Below are positions 37,100 to 51,039 of a stretch of DNA of 64,000 nt, one piece after another (positions within the stretch are counted from its first letter, which is position 1; each line of letters opens with the position of its first letter). Position numbers and translations under genes: made by a program. The notes beneath the pieces are model-generated. The model was not told the DNA's origin, did no database searches, and saw only the letters and a program-made list of their open reading frames with translations. Where the stretch lies: assembly GCF_006345805.1 (NCBI RefSeq), contig NC_042997.1:75392001-75456000 (forward strand), read 5' to 3'. Origin of the DNA: Octopus sinensis. Taxonomy: Eukaryota.

Positions 37100-38480
37100 T
37101 AAATGTTAAAAAGGTCTTGCAGATTTTTATAGTCTCAGATATTGTGATCATTTTTATCATGTATGAATTAAGGATTTGCACTCTCTCCACAAGTTCCCAA
37201 GTTCAGCCATCCTTTGAATCAGACAGCTTGGTATGTATCCTGTTGCTTCAATAATGATAGATATGAAGCTGAAAGAGCATCTTGGGTACTGAATTTGAAA
37301 AGACCTTATCAATGGCTCATAGATGTCTTCATTCTCTTGTATCTTTCTAACCACATTCGTGTCCAGAGAGTAGCTGATTTCCACTACAGAACATATCTTT
37401 TCCTTGTGGTCCCTCACAACATTACCTGGGCAGTTGTGTTTTAACTTGGTGGCTTCTTTAATTTTTAAGTTCCACCAATATTCTTTTGACCCAATATAAC
37501 CAACTTCATATATATAGGTGTTTTCTTTTTTTCTATCCTGTTCCAGACTGTTCTGACCACTGCATCATGCCTTATGAAAAGATGGATAATATCTGGAAGA
37601 CAGTCTCTCACAATTGGCAAAAATGTAGTTGTCTTCAGTCCTGATCTTGCACAGCCTATATTTGTTGTCAGTCAGCATTTTCTGTTTTTTATGCTGTAGG
37701 TACTTAGCGGGAATCTCTTGTTTTTGAATTGCGTGGAGGTATCCCTCAAAGTAGGATGTCATAAACTTGTCGGTACTCCATACCAAGTTTTGACATGATC
37801 AATCCCATCTGTGGTTTGTGTTTTTTCGTGCCAAGTACCCATGTGCAATCATCTCAGTGAACTGGTTCAGTTTTTTTATCTTGTTCTTCTAATAAATAAA
37901 TTTTACCAATGCTTCTTAGGGAGAGGTCTGTAATAGTTCATATTTCATACTTCTCTTTAATTTTCTTCTGTTGTTGATTTCATTGTCACAAACTTGGGTG
38001 AGATTGTGACTGGTTTCTTTCCTCTGCTGCAGATGTTGTTTTGGTGTGACAGTATGTATTCTGAGCACATGGTCTATTCAGTTTGCAAATCAGGATGCTA
38101 GTACAAGAGAAATCACAAGAAAAAATGACAAGTTAGATGCAAAAGTTTGGAGGGTGAATAAGAATGGAAAAAGAAAGAAAATTAGAGCTATGTCCCCTTT
38201 GGCCATAAAGCCATAATTAAGTTAATTGTTATAGAATAAAACAATTCCGTTGGGTCCAAAGTCTGGCTCAATCAGGAGAGGGAATGTCCTTCAGGTTGCC
38301 AAAAGAAATTTTTCAATATGTTCGCATATTGAAAATTTTGGATCTGGAATTAAGCAGTAGTGGAATTCTTGGATATCAAAAGGATATGTGATCTTTCAGC
38401 TATGCATGAGTTGTATTTCTTAGATCTGTTAACATATGGCATGGATCTCTCTACAATTCTCCACTTGATTGTATGTGGTG
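37100..38480 (-). mobile_element. RLE-type (R4/Dong-like) non-LTR retrotransposon 3' fragment
   Basis: ORF 37565-37786 (AIQKQEI..DNKYRLCK..E..FANCE.L..RYY; CCHC-like) and ORF 37157-37417 (VVEISYSLDTNV.RK..E..DIYEPL; RLE-like). Confidence 0.7.
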
Positions 38481-38526
38481 TGCTATTTACTTTCGTGGAT
38501 GTGCCGAAAAGAAAAGTGGTTTGTAT

Positions 38527-38940
38527 ACTCTTTACTCTCTCTTTTACTTGTTTCAGTCATTTGACTGCGGCCATGCTGGAGCACCGCCTTTAGTTGAGCA
38601 AATCGACCCCGGGACTTATTCTTTGTAAGCCCAGTACTTATTCTATCGGTCTCTTTTGCCGAACCGCTAAGTGACGGGGACGTAAACACACCAGCATCGG
38701 TTGTCAAGCAATGCTAGGGGGACAAACACAGACACACAAACATATACACACACACCCATATATATATACATATATACGACAGGCTTCTTTCAGTTTCCGT
38801 CTACCAAATCCACTCACAAGGCATTGGTCAGCCCGGGGCTATAGCAGAAGACACTTGCCCAAGATGCCACGCAGTGGGACTGAACCCGGAACCATGTGGT
38901 TGGTTAGCAAGCTACTTACCATACAGCCACTCCTGCGCCT
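38527..38940 (-). mobile_element. Full-length tRNA-derived SINE
   Basis: Minus strand starts aggcgcaggagtggctgtatggtaag.., with B-box-like ggttcagtccc, a central domain, an internal (TA/CA)n tract and a short tandem tail. Confidence 0.88.
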
Positions 38941-39059
38941 GTATAACATCTTTTGAAATTAACTTCACATAACCTGGTGTAATTTTTCTTTCTAGTCAGG
39001 TTATCTTGAAGCATTACTGTGACCTCTGCCTCATATATGATGGAGTTTATCATACACAC

Positions 39060-40210
39060 CTAGTCTTGTGGGCAAGCTTCAAGGTTTTGATGGTTACAAC
39101 TGGGAGTGAGCTCTTGGTGATACTTATGAGGGTCACTTCCCCTTTCATCAGTTGGTCTCTGAAGAATCAAGATGTTGATGAGTGATTTGCAAGATTTACA
39201 AGCCATGTAGAGAAATACTGTCAGTAAAGTGAGTGTTAACAATGAATTAGTGTGCTGGTATTAGTACACAAGGGCTTGCTTCTTAGTCCTTTCCTATTCA
39301 TCATAGTCTTCTAGGTCATAGCAGAGGAATTTATGATGTGCTACTCTTGAGAACTGCTATATACTGATGACCTCATTCTTATAGTGGAATCTATAGTTAG
39401 AATGAGAAAAAAAATTCCAGGTTTGAAATTCCACTTTTGAAATCAAAAGTGCCTTAAAGCTAACTTAGCAAAAACTAAAGTTCTAGTTAGCAGGAAAACA
39501 GACCAGACTTCATTCCTTTCAAGAAAATGGCCCTGCTCAATATGACTGAAATGTGAAGGTAAGAAATTCTGTATGGTGTACACAGTGCAAGCTCTGGACA
39601 CATATGAGTTGCTGTGGAATCACATAAAAATGAACAGAGAAAGGAGACTTTGTTTGAAGAAGATGTACTAGAGCAATAAAGACTAAAAACACTGGAAATA
39701 GATTCTCTGAAATGCCCTGGTGGCAGTAGATAGTTTTTGCTGTCTAACTAGCAGTGGAGAAGGATGTTCTGAAAATGTAATTGCTAGAATAAGAACAGGA
39801 TAGAGAAAGTTCAAGGAGTTATTACTTCTGTTGATAACAAAATATCTTTTTGTCAGAGTGAAAAGCACATTGTATGATGCTTCTATGGGAACAGTAATGT
39901 TGCATAATAGAGAGATGTGGGCCCTGAATGAAGAGAACATGAGAAGACTGGAAAGAAATGAAGCTAGTTTGCTCTGGTGGATGTGCAGTGTAAGTGTACA
40001 TAAATGTCATAGTATAAATATACTGAGAAAAAGATTGGGCATAAGAGGAATCAGATGTAGTGTGTGAGAAAGAAGACTGCACTGGTACATGCACGTCACA
40101 TGAGGATGAGGACAGTCGTATAAAGAAATGCCAATTGCTTAGAGTGGATAGAGCTTGTGGAATGGGGTGATCCAGGATGACATGGAATGAAGCAGTGAAA
40201 TTGACAAATA
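39060..40210 (+). mobile_element. RTE LINE RT fragment, diverged
   Basis: ORF 39831-40067 (MLHNREMWAL..RRLERNEASLLWWMC). Confidence 0.8.
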
Positions 40211-40649
40211 ATGGAGGTGATTGGCATTTCACTGTCCTTGATAAAACCCACCCATCACCACATAAGTAAGGTCCTAAAAGTATTTGGTTTATGTCTATCC
40301 ACTCAGCAGGTCCTGCCCTTGTCCTTGTCAAGCTTTCCCCACCTCCCATCTTCCTAACATCTCTTCATTACACCTATGGCACTATCCGTTTGGTGTGATT
40401 ATATGATAGTAGAATCTGCACATATTTCTCCCCTTTTGTCCTACTAGTTTCCCTCAGTCTCAATATCATCCATTCCGTTTTATTTTCCATTGCTCATCTC
40501 TTTTTGTGTATACAGGTATCTCTCCCTCTCCAGTGAGTTACATCACCTCTAACCTCATTTTTAACACTTTATATCTGCTATCGCTATGTCTTGCCATTTT
40601 TGTCTTCCAGTCACTAAAGTCACAACTGTGTACTTGTAACCTTCATATA

Positions 40650-40691
<42 letters not shown>

Positions 40692-40839
40692 TTCCCTCTC
40701 TCCTCATCTGTCTACAGGTTTATTATACTCTGCTCTGTACCCCATTTCTGTACTGTTACTTCTCAACTTTTTCCTGTCATACTCCTCTTACACTCCTATA
40801 AACTTAACCATACATACTTAAATGCATAGGGTATATGAC

Positions 40840-41480
40840 ATCTAGAAACGAGTGAAGCTAGCATACTTCATTAGATTTACAACATAAGTGTGCTTGTATG
40901 ACAAAAGTACAAATGTGTTGAGAGAAAAAATGGTCATAGGAAATCAGATGTATGCACTGGTATGGTCATGTGATATTCATGGAGGAGGAATGACATGCTA
41001 ATTGTTAAATGTGTATAGAAATTATAGAAAAGGAAAATCTTGGGAGACATGGGACAAAGTAGTGAGAGCTAATCCCAAGATATGGACCTTCATAGAAGAA
41101 ACACAGAGTACTGGGATGATTAGCAATTCACTGTGTTCAAGAAGACACAGCTGTCAGGGTGTGAGGTCCTAACAGCATTAAGTTTATGTCTATACACTAA
41201 CTGGGCCCTGCCTCTGCACCTAATCTGTATTTGTCAAGCCTTCCCCAACACCTCATCATAACAAACAGATCCCCATCATTCTTTTGCTTGTATATGGATG
41301 AAGACAGTTGTGTAAAGAAGTGCTGATTGCTTAAAGTGGATGGAACTCATGGAAGAGGGACATCCAGGAAGACATAAGATGAAGTATTAAAAGCTGATCT
41401 CAAGATGCTGAGCTTTACAGAAGAGATGACAAAAGACTGAGATGATTGGCATTTTGCTGTGCTTGAGAAGACCCATCCAT
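40840..41480 (+). mobile_element. RTE LINE 3' fragments, diverged
   Basis: Two decayed copies of the ORF2 end (GRGHPGRH.DEV.K.DL). Confidence 0.65.
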
Positions 41481-41812
41481 TACTGCAAAAATGATATTCT
41501 AAAATCCACTTTGTTTTCCTTGTACATGTGAGGCCTTGTCCTCACTCTCTCACCTTCTCTGACACATCAAGTATTTCTCTCTATTTTCATCTTTCTCCCA
41601 TCTATGATACTTCTTGACTACTGTATATTAAGAAAAAGAAAGCAGTCAGAATTTTGGAACAAAATTGGAATCTATTACATCCCATCCCCTCACGGTTTCC
41701 CCACCATCAACTACTTCTATTTCTGCCAACACTATTTCAACCAATCACCTCTGATCTCTTTCTCCATTCTGTTATATCCTGTTCTAAATACCTCTCTTAT
41801 CTGCTATCATTC

Positions 41813-44118
41813 TGTTGTATCCTCCATCTCCAGTGTTGTGTTACTGCCACAATATTGTTACAGATGGTTTAAATACACTGTATCAGTGTTGTAACAGTAA
41901 ACAAGATAATGCTGCAGCCATAATAACACAATGATCCAACAGTCTCTTCATGAACCAACAATCAATATTTTAAACAAACTAACCATCCGACACCCGATTT
42001 TACTGCAAACTTCACCCCAACCACTACTATTTATAATTGCTCGGTCCAGTCTATTTCTAGTAAGGGGACATTGTGACTCTTGTCACAACATCTCCCATTT
42101 TGAGATTTTGACTTCCGTAAAAAGTGAAATTTATTTTCTTTTTTCTTTTTCCAGCACCACTCCCTCTTTTCCTTTTTTTTCTTTAAAAAATTTAGTACCT
42201 TTTTCATTTTGACATTATTTCTAAGTCTGTTTCTTTTTTCTACAACTGCTTCTACAAGGCTCAATCTCTTTCGGTGTTGGCACCTCAAATATGTCATAGC
42301 AGAATTCCATTGGTATTTCCTTTCATTTTTCAGTGTATCTTGTCTTTAATTGGTTTAGGTGTCTCTTCAGCTCCAAACATTGTCCTTTAATTATATACAT
42401 AATGTTTCCTAATCTTTTAGTTACAAAACGATCCTCTCAACTTTCTTTACCATTTTTGTAAATTTTAAAATGAACCTTATTTCCTCCTTCAAAATGTGTT
42501 CCTCAGATGGCTTACTTTTAGAAGGTCTTATGGGGAGAGCCCATAAATCAAATAACTCCAACCAGTCTGTACCAAACAAATTGGTAGTGTTCTTTACGTG
42601 AAAAACTTTCGCCTTGCACGATTTTCCTCAAAATGTGATATCATTCCACATTTCACCTACAAAGTGTAGTTTGTCACCCGTCATGCCACGTGCAGTTTTT
42701 GCTGTTTTTCTTAACATAGGTTTCCCTATTTTCTTCCATGTGTTGGTGTTAATGATTGACATGTCACTATTAGTATCCCATTATAATTTAATATTTACTC
42801 TGTTTACTTTCCATGTACAAATTTCCTTATTTGGAAGTCAATTTTACTTTCTGCTGAGAGCACTTTAGAATTTTTTACATTTGTCCTTTTTGTTCTGCAG
42901 TGTGAACTTTTGTGTCTAAATTTTTGACAACTGTAACATTTTTGGTTTTAAAAGGACAATCTTTTCTGAAATGTAGGCTTCCACATCCATAATATGGATT
43001 AGGACCTAGCAATCTTCTTTGGTTATACTTTCTAGGTCAACATATCTGTATTTTTGTGAAATCCTTTTCTTGAATTTTTCTTATGTCATGTTTCAGATTC
43101 ACTATCCTTAGACACTCTTCTGCAACAGTCTGCAGGGTTAAATTTTGATTCACTTGTTCAAGTTTTGAAAGAATTCTTGCCCATATATCTGTATCTTCAT
43201 TTGCTGTAAGGCCTTGTACAAAAATGAGGCACTTAAACATCCCAGGAGTAAGTTCTTTCAGTTTAAAATTTTCAGACATTCTGTTGACTGTTCCTGCTTA
43301 CATAATAAAGTCATCATCCTCTTTTTTAGTTAATTTGAGTGTTAGAGAAGTTTTATCACCAAATATATTAGACAGTAATAGGATTGTTTCCTGAAAACAA
43401 ATTTCACTAGACTTTTTGGGCAGTATCTTTCATGCTCAGACAGGGCTAATTTACATAATAACCTTACTTTTTCTTTGTCCGACCATGTTTTGCAATCTTT
43501 TTTTAAAATCTCCTCGTACCTTTTGCAGTATGCTGCAAAAGTTACACCTTCCTCTGGATTATAACTATTATAGAGTTAGATATATGTCTGGCAAAAACAA
43601 ACTTGCTGCATTTTTGGACTTCTTTGTATATAACTCCAATAATTGTTGTTATAGTTGTTGCTGTACTTGTTGCTTCTGCAACTCCTGTTGCTGTTCTTGT
43701 TGTTGCTTTTGCAACTGTATTATAGAAGCTAATAGGTCTTCCATCATTTAACAAATTGTATCACTAACAAATTGTTAAATAACCTATGTGAGCTTTGAAG
43801 CCCTCATCGCTAGATGTATCCTCCATCTCCAATGTCATGGTATTGCAATGATATTGTTATGGATGGTTTAGATACACTGTACCAGTGTTGTAACAGTAAA
43901 TAAGATAACAATGCAGCTGTAATAACAACGTAATGATCCAACAATCTCTTCACGGACCAACAATCAATATTCTAAACGAACTAACAAACTGACACCTTCT
44001 GACTTCACTACAAACACAACTCAAACTAACACACAAACTTCACTCCGATCACCACTGTTTATAATTGCTCAGTCCAGTCTATTTCTCACAAGTGGGTGTT
44101 GTGACTCTCAACACAACA
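41813..44118 (-). mobile_element. Internally deleted Ty3/Gypsy provirus with both LTRs and TSD
   Basis: LTRs 41813-42090 and about 43812-44118; TSD CATTC (41808-41812 and 44119-44123); PBS-like tagcgatgagg; PPT ctcaaaatgggaga; polyQ gag and protease start; RT/RH/IN absent. Confidence 0.88.
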
Positions 44119-44639
44119 CATTCTCAATGCCCTTTCATTCTACCATCATGACCCACCTACTGTATGTGTCCCTACACCCCTTGTCTTTAAATCTTCTTCT
44201 CCACTGTTCCAACACCTTGCACATCATTCCACTGCTTTTTTTTCTTTTCATCTTCCCAAGCCACTCTTATATCTCTCTCCTTACTCCTGTACATACTAGT
44301 ATTTCCCATCATCTATACCCCTATCCTTGTTCACACTTTATTAACCTCTACCTCCACCTGTTTACTTCCCCCTTACACTCATATGAAAGCATCCACTCTC
44401 TTATGTCCTCTTATGTTCTCAAGGTGAGGGTTTGCTCAAGCACCCCATTAATACCTTCCTCTTATCTCCTTGACATTAAATTATAATGATGAGCAGTAAT
44501 AGCTTTCTGAACTTAATCCATCATTTTCTTATGTTAGTAACTATATTTTCAAAACCGTTTTTTCCACTGCTAAATAGATCACTCAGATAACAGAAACTAT
44601 TTACTACCTTTAGGGATCTTCCTGGGCACTTCAGAAAAT

Positions 44640-46130
44640 GTTCTTAGAGTTTATTGCTCCGGCACATCTACCACATATAAAGTATGCTTCAATATTCTTG
44701 TAATTCCACTGTGTTCGTAGTTTGCACTGAGTACACTTTATATATTTTTATCACTTTTCTCCATATCAAGCAGGGTTATAGATTCTTGCTTACTAGAACT
44801 TTGGTTCCTGCTAAATTAACTATAAGGTCCTCTGATTCCACCTCAAATTTCTTCTCTAATTCTATCAAGCATTCTGCTGTTAGAAAGAGGTCACTAGCAT
44901 ATTGTAGTTCTCGTAGTAAATAGTCTCAAATTCCTCTGTAATGGTCTGGAGGACTATGGTGACTAGGAACTAAGTCTGTCTGACCTACCTTTACACTAAA
45001 TTCATTGCCATCATTAATTCTGATACACTATCTTGCAGTCCAGAACATCATACTGTAAAACATAGGCAAACCTCTTACTTTTTGCTATCGACACTTGTCA
45101 CCCAACTTCTCTTGTAGCTACCTGATATAATTTTCTAATTCCATTTTTCCAGTCTTTTGAAGCTTGTCTTTTCACTTTCATGGCTCTGTCTACCTCACTG
45201 TCCAACCATCATATCACTCTCAGTTTGGCTGGGACTTTGTACCATCCACTGATTTGGTTGTCCTGTAAGAATTTCCAGTTGTCATCTGCGATTTTGTCTC
45301 TATCTTCTGCTCCTTCTCATCATATGTTTCAAATAGTACTTTACTAAGTTTCCCATTGTTCACTGGATCTTTGAGCTTCTACACCTTACTTTTCCAGACT
45401 GGTTTGTATCTCTGAGTCCTTTCAGCTCCAAGTCATTAGCCACTAACCTATGCTGGTTTGTACATTCTTTATTCAGGAAAAACTTTGCATTCACAAGCAT
45501 CTGTCTATGCCATTTGCTGGTGAGAATGTAGCTAATCTGGTTTATGTGCCTTCCAGATTAGTGTGTGATCAGGTAGCTGTGTGGTTTCCTGAAGTTCATG
45601 TTACAGATAAGTCATTTGCATCACAGAACTTCAGCAGCTTTGTTTGCTTCTCATTTCTAGAACCAAAGCTCCACACAACTCAGTGGAATTCATCTGGCTA
45701 GTGTCTGTCACGTCCATTTAAGTCACCAAACATAACATCATTGTCATTCATTCTTAAGGTGATCTACAAAAAAGCCTTGTAAAATTGGTTCATTTGCCTG
45801 TTTAGCTGAACCACAAATTTAGTAGTAATAAATGTTACTTGCTTTTTGCAAGATTGGTCTTAGCTCGACTATCGTCGCATACTCTGACAATTTTAGTTGT
45901 CTCATCTACCCATTGCCTACACCACTCATCTCATTACTGATGCCCACCCAAAGGAATTTGTACCTTTGTTCCTTGCTCATGAGTAGTCTAGCTGAGGCTC
46001 CCCTCCATCTTAAGTTTTGCATGCAGCACATATCTACACAGTTCTGCTATAGCATTTCAACAATCTCAGTGTACCTACCTTTCATTGAGCCTATATTGAG
46101 TGTAGTGTCTCCAAAGCTATGAACTTAATA
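44640..46130 (-). mobile_element. RTE LINE fragments including the AP-endonuclease region
   Basis: Minus-strand translation ..KLRWRGASARLLMSKEQRYKFLWVG.. plus RT pieces. Confidence 0.65.
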
Positions 46131-46423
46131 GGAAGAGTGTGTGTGTGTGTGTGTAACTGAGGATTTTTATCAGCACCTGCAAAGATGATTTTTCCAAGTG
46201 CTTAGCAGGTGGAAGAGGGCTCTTGCACATGTCCAGCAAAATTAAAACCAATCAATTACAACTCAGTGAATTATGATTTTTCTCAATCTTGCAAACTATT
46301 TGAAGCAAGTAGCTGCAAATAGAAAAGGGAGATGTGGGTAAAGAGGAAGTATAGGTTTCTGGTTAGCTAGAAGAATTGAATGTTTTTGAATATATGTAAT
46401 TATTTTTTCTTTCTCTATTTCAG

Positions 46424-46575
46424 ACTTTTGCTTCTTGGTATTTCCAGTAATATCAATGTGAACCAGTTGCATCTTGACCTCAGTGGTAATGAATTGCGTT
46501 TTTCTCCACCATATGAAATTGATGTCATTATTGGTCACATGACAAATTTAATAAGTTTAGATATCAGCAACAACA
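46424..46575 (+). CDS. CARMIL: CARMIL/LRRC16 internal exon E
   Basis: ttctctatttcAG acceptor and GTAAGT donor; phase 2 in, phase 1 out. Encodes LLLLGISSNINVNQLHLDLSGNELRFSPPYEIDVIIGHMTNLISLDISNN (cf. ALLLGLACN..SLDLSNCEL..ITSLDISDN, recalled). Confidence 0.9.
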
Positions 46576-47044
46576 GTAAGTTCATTTATAATCTTTCTCA
46601 TAATTTACCATTGTTATGGCTTGCATTGGGGTGTGTGTGTGTGAACACATTTGAGTGACAGAGGGTTAGTCCATTATGTTCATATCTCTTAAAAAATTTT
46701 AAGCTCTTCTCCTGCCTTCATTAGCACACATACATCTCTCTCTTTCTATTTTGCTGTATACTATTTTTCTGTATATCATCATCATTTTATTAGCTATTTT
46801 TCCATACTCCCATATTATCCATGAATCTTCTTCAACATGATATCTTGTCATTTTTTTGTAGAATTTTGGCAACAAATTATTTTATTTGCTCATTAATGTT
46901 CGAAACCTAGGTACAAGTGGTAACTATTGAAAATGTTTTTATTTTTCAACACCTTACTCTTAACCATGGTTTGGACTTTGACTGTTCCTTTTAGCATGTA
47001 AGGTGTCCTGTTAGGGATCAACTCTTTTGTGTGTAAATGTACAC

Positions 47045-47089
<45 letters not shown>

Positions 47090-47108
47090 GTATGAATGTG
47101 TATGTGAA

Positions 47109-48920
47109 TCATCATCATCATTATCATCATCGTTTAACATCCGTTTTCCATGCTAGCATGGGTTGGACAGTTTGACTGGGGTCTGGGAAGCCAGAAGGCT
47201 GCACCAGGCTCCAGTCTGATCTGGCAGTGTTTCTACAGCTGGATACCCTTCTGCCAACCACTCCATGAGTGTAGTGGGTGCTCTTTGCATGCTACCAAAG
47301 GAGGCTGGCAACAGCCATGATCGGTTGGTGCTTTTTACATGCCACCGGTACGGGTATCACAACTACCATTTCCATTTGATTTTCATTTTCATGTTAATGT
47401 ACTTGACTCAATAGGTCTTCTCAAGCACAGCAGGTCGCCCTATGATCCAAGGTACTTTTGAATGGGCTGGGGCTGATTATACGAAACTGGTGTAGGATAC
47501 AGCCATGAACTCACTTTATTTGCTGGGTCTTTGCAGTCACAGCATACCTCCAGAGGTCTCGGTCTTTTGTCATTGCCTCTGTGGGGCCCAACGTTCAAAG
47601 GTCATGCTTGACTACCTCATCTCATGTCTTCCTGGGTCTACCTCTACCCCGGATTCCTTCAACTGTTTGGGAGTGGCTCTTCTTCACACATCTCTCCTCA
47701 TCCATCCATAGTACATGACCATACCAGTGCAAACGTCTCTCTTGCATGCTTCTTATGTCCAACATTTGTCTCAGGGTGCTTACACTCTGTCATGTGTGCA
47801 CACTGATATTACACATCCGGTGGAGCATGCTAGCTTCATTTCTTTTGAGCCTACGCATCTCCTCTGCAGTCACAACCCATGTTTCACTGCTGTGAAGCAT
47901 GGCAGTTCACACACATGTTTTTTACAATCTACCTTTTACTCTGAGCAAGAGGCCCTTTGCCACCAGTAGGGGTAGAAGCTTTCTAAACTTTGCCCAAGCT
48001 ATTCTTATTGTAGTGGTAACACTCTTCGGGCACCCCCACTTCTAACTTGGTCACCTAGGTAGCGGAAGCTATCAGCTACTTCTCATTTCTCCCCCTGGAG
48101 TGTGATGGAATCTACTTTTTTAGCATCTGTGGTGTTTGTTGCCCCTGTGGATCTGCCACACATGAAATCTATCTTCCCGGTTAATCTTTGATATTGCTGC
48201 ACCTCATTATGTGTCCATAGCTTACATTGAGTACATCTTATGGAGTTTCTACCTATCTGAGGGGTATGTAATGAGTTTGCCTTCCTACTTACTGGAACTA
48301 TTGTCTTTGGTACATTGACTCTATGGACTTTTGATTCTAAACCTTGCTTCCACACCTGAAATTTCTTCTAGTTCTGGTAGTGATTTTGCTATGAGGGCCA
48401 GGTCATCAGCATAGAGGAGCTCCCAGAGGCAACCCATCTAGAATTCCTCTGTTATTGCCTGGAGGACTATGATGAATGAAAGGGGACTGAGAGCTGATCC
48501 TTGGTAGACCCTACTTCTACTTGGAATTCTTCACTATACTCATTGCCAATCCTAACCTTACTAACGGCTTCTCTGTATAGGGCTTGTACAGCCCTTATTA
48601 AGCATTCGTCAATCCCCAGTTTCCACATCGCCCACCAGATAAAGGATTGGGGGATCCTGTCAAAGGCTTTCTCCAAGTCCATAAAAGCTAAGTATAGGGG
48701 TTTATCTTTAGCTAGGTATTTCTCCTACAGTTGTTGAACCAGGAATATAGCATCAGTGGTGCTTCTACTTAGCACAAAACCGAACTGCATCTCATCTAAG
48801 CAGATTCTCTCCCTAATGAGATGGGTTATGACCCTCTCCATGGCCTTCATCACCTGATCCTGCAGTTTGATACCCCTCTAGTTATTTCTAGCTAGCGCAT
48901 AACCTTTACCTTTTCACCAT
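47109..48920 (-). mobile_element. RTE LINE, 5' truncated
   Basis: (CAT)n tail, 3' UTR, and RT ORF pieces (DLEKAFDRIP, 48467-48682). Confidence 0.9.
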
Positions 48921-49242
48921 TAACACTTTAAATGTATTGTTTACTATTTAAATGTACTGTTTACTGACTATTTTTTCTCAGAAGCTAACTAATTGAATTA
49001 GGATAATTACTCGTTTCTTGGCCTGTTTAATTTCTAATTCTTCCTTTCTCTAGTTTAATTTCTCATCTGCTATGAACACTATGAATGTATTCTATACTAA
49101 ACATTCCTGCTACTTTCGTTTGTTCCTCATACCATCTCCCCAAATTAAACTCACTTGTTCGTGTTGCACCCACTCTGTCCTGCCCCCACCACCAATACCG
49201 GATATCTCAATCTTTACCCCGATCTTTATCTATCTTTATCTA

Positions 49243-50440
49243 TATAGTGGAGGTGGATGCCCAGAGAGTGTCATCACTAGAATAAGAATAGCCTAGGCAA
49301 AGTTTCGAAAGCTCCTACCCTTACTGGTGACAAAGGGTCTCTCGCTCAGAGTGAAAGGTAGATTGTATGATGCATGTGTGCGAACTGCTATGCTTCACGG
49401 TAGTGAAACATGGGCTGTGACTGCAGAGGACATGCGTAGATTTGAAAGAAATGAAGCTAGCATGATCCGCTGGATGTGTAATGTCAGTGTGCACACACGA
49501 CAGAGTGTAAGCTCCCTGAGAGAAATGCTGGACATAAGAAGCGTCAGATGTGGTGTGCAAGAGAGACGTTTGCGCTGGTATGGCCATGTACTGCGGATGG
49601 ATGAGGAGAGATGTGTGAAGTGCCACTCCCAAACAGTTGAAGGAATCCGGGGTAGAGGTAGACCCAGGAAGACAGGGGATGAGGTAGTCAAGCATGACCT
49701 TCGAACATTGGGCCTCACAGGGGCAATGACGAAAGACAGAGATCTCTGGAGATATGCTGTGACTGCAAAGACCCAGGCTGCTTCCTCCACCAGTTTCGCA
49801 TAGCCCCAGCCCATCCAAAGTACCTGGATTGCAGAACGACCTGCTGTGCTTACCTTGGATCGTAAGGTGACCTGCTGTACTTGAGGAGACCTATTGAGTC
49901 AAGTACATCAATATCAATATGAAACAAATATCAGATGGAAATTGTAGTTACGCGATACCTGTGCCGGCAGCACATAAGAAGCACCATCCGAACGTGGCCG
50001 ATGCCAGCGTTGCCTTGACTGGCTTCTGTGCCGGTGCACATGACCTGCTGTGCTTGAGGAGACCTATTGAGTCAAGTACATCAACATCAAAATAAATATC
50101 AAATGGAAATTGTAGTTGTGATACCTGTGCTGGTGGCACATAAAAAGCACCATCCAAACGTGGCTGATGCTACCACCGCCTTGACTGGCTTCTGTGCCGG
50201 TGACACGTAAAAAGCACCAACCGATCATGGCCGCTGCCAGCCTCCCCTGGCACCTGTGCCTGTGGCATGTAAAAAGCATCCACTACACTCATGGAGTGGT
50301 TGGCGTTAGGAAGGGCATCCAGTTGTAGAAACACTGCCAGATCAGACTGGAGCCTGGTGCCGCCTCCTGGCTTCCCAGACCCCGGTCAAACCGTCCAACT
50401 CATGCTAGCACGGAAAACGGACGTTAAACGATGATGATGG
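49243..50440 (+). mobile_element. RTE LINE, 5' truncated, with a duplication of about 170 bp in the 3' UTR
   Basis: ORF 49327-49803; tail acgatgatgatg; 49869-50041 is repeated at 50043-50206. Confidence 0.9.
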
Positions 50441-50977
50441 TAATATGTATATATGTGTGTGTGTGTGTGTGTATGTATATATATATATATATATATGTTT
50501 CAGCAGTCGCATATATATATATGTTTCATTAGGCACAACTTCACAAGCCAGCCCCATACTCAACTCGTCCTGTCGAAAGACCCTTGTCCTACGTCCTGGT
50601 TTTGTTCTGTTGTTTATTTTTTATTTTTACCGTTATTGTTTCTACGTTTTTGTATTCTTATTGGTGTCACGTATTCTGTATTTTTGTTCGTGTACTTCGT
50701 TCGTTTTCTGTCCTCGTGTTGTATACATTCGAAGCTTTCTTCCAGGGGATCTAATGCGCTTGGCTTAGATTTCCCTTGGCGGGCTGGCCATATCGGAGCA
50801 ATCTCAAGATTAATCAGCCGAAATTGCTAAGATGATCTGGTTCTTGACTGATGACTGAGGGCTTCGAATGTCCCGTCCTGTGGTTCTTGTGTCGTCTCTG
50901 TGGTGTTTCATGTTCTTGTCCATGTCTGTAATTATTTTTACTGTTTACCTATATATATATATATATACATATATATA

Positions 50978-51030
<53 letters not shown>

Positions 51031-51039
51031 GGAGAGTTT

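Noticed and set aside
38860-38940. tRNA gene
   Set aside because: The tRNA-like region is the head of a multi-copy SINE and does not fold as a complete cloverleaf.
44486-44510. ATGATGA..CTGA as a box C/D snoRNA
   Set aside because: Boxes are only about 14 nt apart, with no guide region or terminal stem.
50840-50880. CTGATGA ctgagggcttc GAATGTC possible HHR
   Set aside because: GAAA is incomplete and stems I/II are unconvincing; at best a heavily decayed remnant.
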